NCBI GenBank assembly: GCA_030390025.1
Contig: CM059433.1
Location: 8,186,001-8,250,000 of the forward strand
Source of the DNA: Squalus acanthias
Taxonomy: Eukaryota
Direction: 5' to 3'
Length of the DNA stretch: 64,000 nt
Below the pieces are notes generated by a model. That model saw only the letters and a program-made list of their open reading frames with translations, was not told where the DNA came from and searched no databases. Numbering within the stretch: the first letter of the stretch is position 1; the number at the start of each line of letters is the position of its first letter. A program made the position numbers and the translations under genes. Positions 63,111 through 64,000 of the stretch are shown here, one piece after another.

Positions 63111-63884
63111 ATCGCAGAATGATATGAATTTACAGGAACCACAAGCCGTGAAAAATTAATTGAAATCTATATTTTGTACGTATTCAAATGACAGCTTCTA
63201 TATTATAATACCAAGGGACAGGACAGAGTGAACATTATGGCCACATTAAATGATAAGGAAAATGATTTAAAATAATGATTAGTTTAACAATGATATTTAC
63301 AGTCTGAAAACGTTATGGTAGAATGTCGCAACTGTCCGATCTATTCTTCACACAATCATAAAATGTGCACTTCAACAGTTTTGTGGAGCAATTTTTTTAA
63401 TCAATTTCTTTTAAATCTTTAAAACATTAACAGAAATATCCGCACGTACCTTCAGCAGTTCCTGACTGTGTGCTGCACGCAATAGAATTTTAGAAAGGGC
63501 TGCGATTGCTGTGGAAATGCATTCCGTGGAGGGGTATCAAGTTGTAATCGGGGACAGATGTTACCCACCGTGGTTAACATGCTTCGGGCCTCTCACAATG
63601 CTCGGTTATTTTCCATTAACTCAGTCAATGGGCTCAGTCATGAGTTTCTGCTCTTATCACAGGTACTTGCCACTGATGAGTCGGAGGAACGATTCAGGGA
63701 TCCCGTTATGTTTTAGTGTGAGAGATGCGAGAAGAGTAATGAGAGATAGCAGGGAGCAAGTTGGGAACGAGGCTCCGAGTGGGAGCTTCTGCCTGAAACC
63801 TAGAGCCACCATTTCACGCAAATGGACCCCAAATGACAAGGGATTTGTGTGAGACTGGAAGAAACATTCTTTTGTCGTCTGCCA

Positions 63885-63915
63885 TGTCAGCTGTGGCTCA
63901 GTGGGTAGCGCCCTT
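63885..63915 (+). mobile_element. DeuSINE 5' head, interrupted by a MITE
   Basis: tgtcagctgtggctcagtgggtagc is identical to the start of 5782. Confidence 0.65.
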
Positions 63916-64000
63916 GGGCAGAATTTTCATTGACCCGTGGAGGCGGGTTTGGAGGCGTGTGGGGTGGGAAAATAGCAGATTCGGGGGTCCAGAACCCATC
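63916..64000. mobile_element. Left end of a Harbinger-type MITE (runs off the window)
   Basis: gggcagaattttcattgacccgtggaggcgggtttggaggcgtgtgggg aligns with 28140-28220. Confidence 0.65.

Overview
Eukaryotic, repeat-dense intronic or intergenic DNA, most likely from a cartilaginous fish (shark). The inference rests on an HE1-type V-SINE, many DeuSINE (SacSINE1-like) copies and abundant CR1 LINEs with (TTTCTATG)n/(TTCTTATG)n tails. I found no host protein-coding exon that I can support, and no rRNA, true tRNA or CRISPR array. Nearly all long ORFs in the track come from transposable elements or minisatellites. Contents: about 20 CR1 fragments, including one 3.6-kb copy with ORF1 esterase, APE endonuclease and RT, inactivated; a second CR1/L2-group LINE family; L2 tails; nine DeuSINE copies; one HE1 SINE; five Penelope-like (GIY-YIG) insertions with 12-18 bp target duplications; non-autonomous PIF/Harbinger derivatives that keep a Myb/SANT remnant and the transposase C-terminus; GC-rich MITEs; a solo LTR plus a related partial LTR; hAT remnants; four minisatellites. 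The most interesting signals are (i) minimal hammerhead ribozyme motifs in the Penelope terminal repeats, with one intact copy at 60626-60662, (ii) G-rich minisatellites with different units expanded inside related MITE-like elements, and (iii) several nested or composite insertions whose order can be read from target-site duplications. Family names come from my recognition of motifs, not from database searches.
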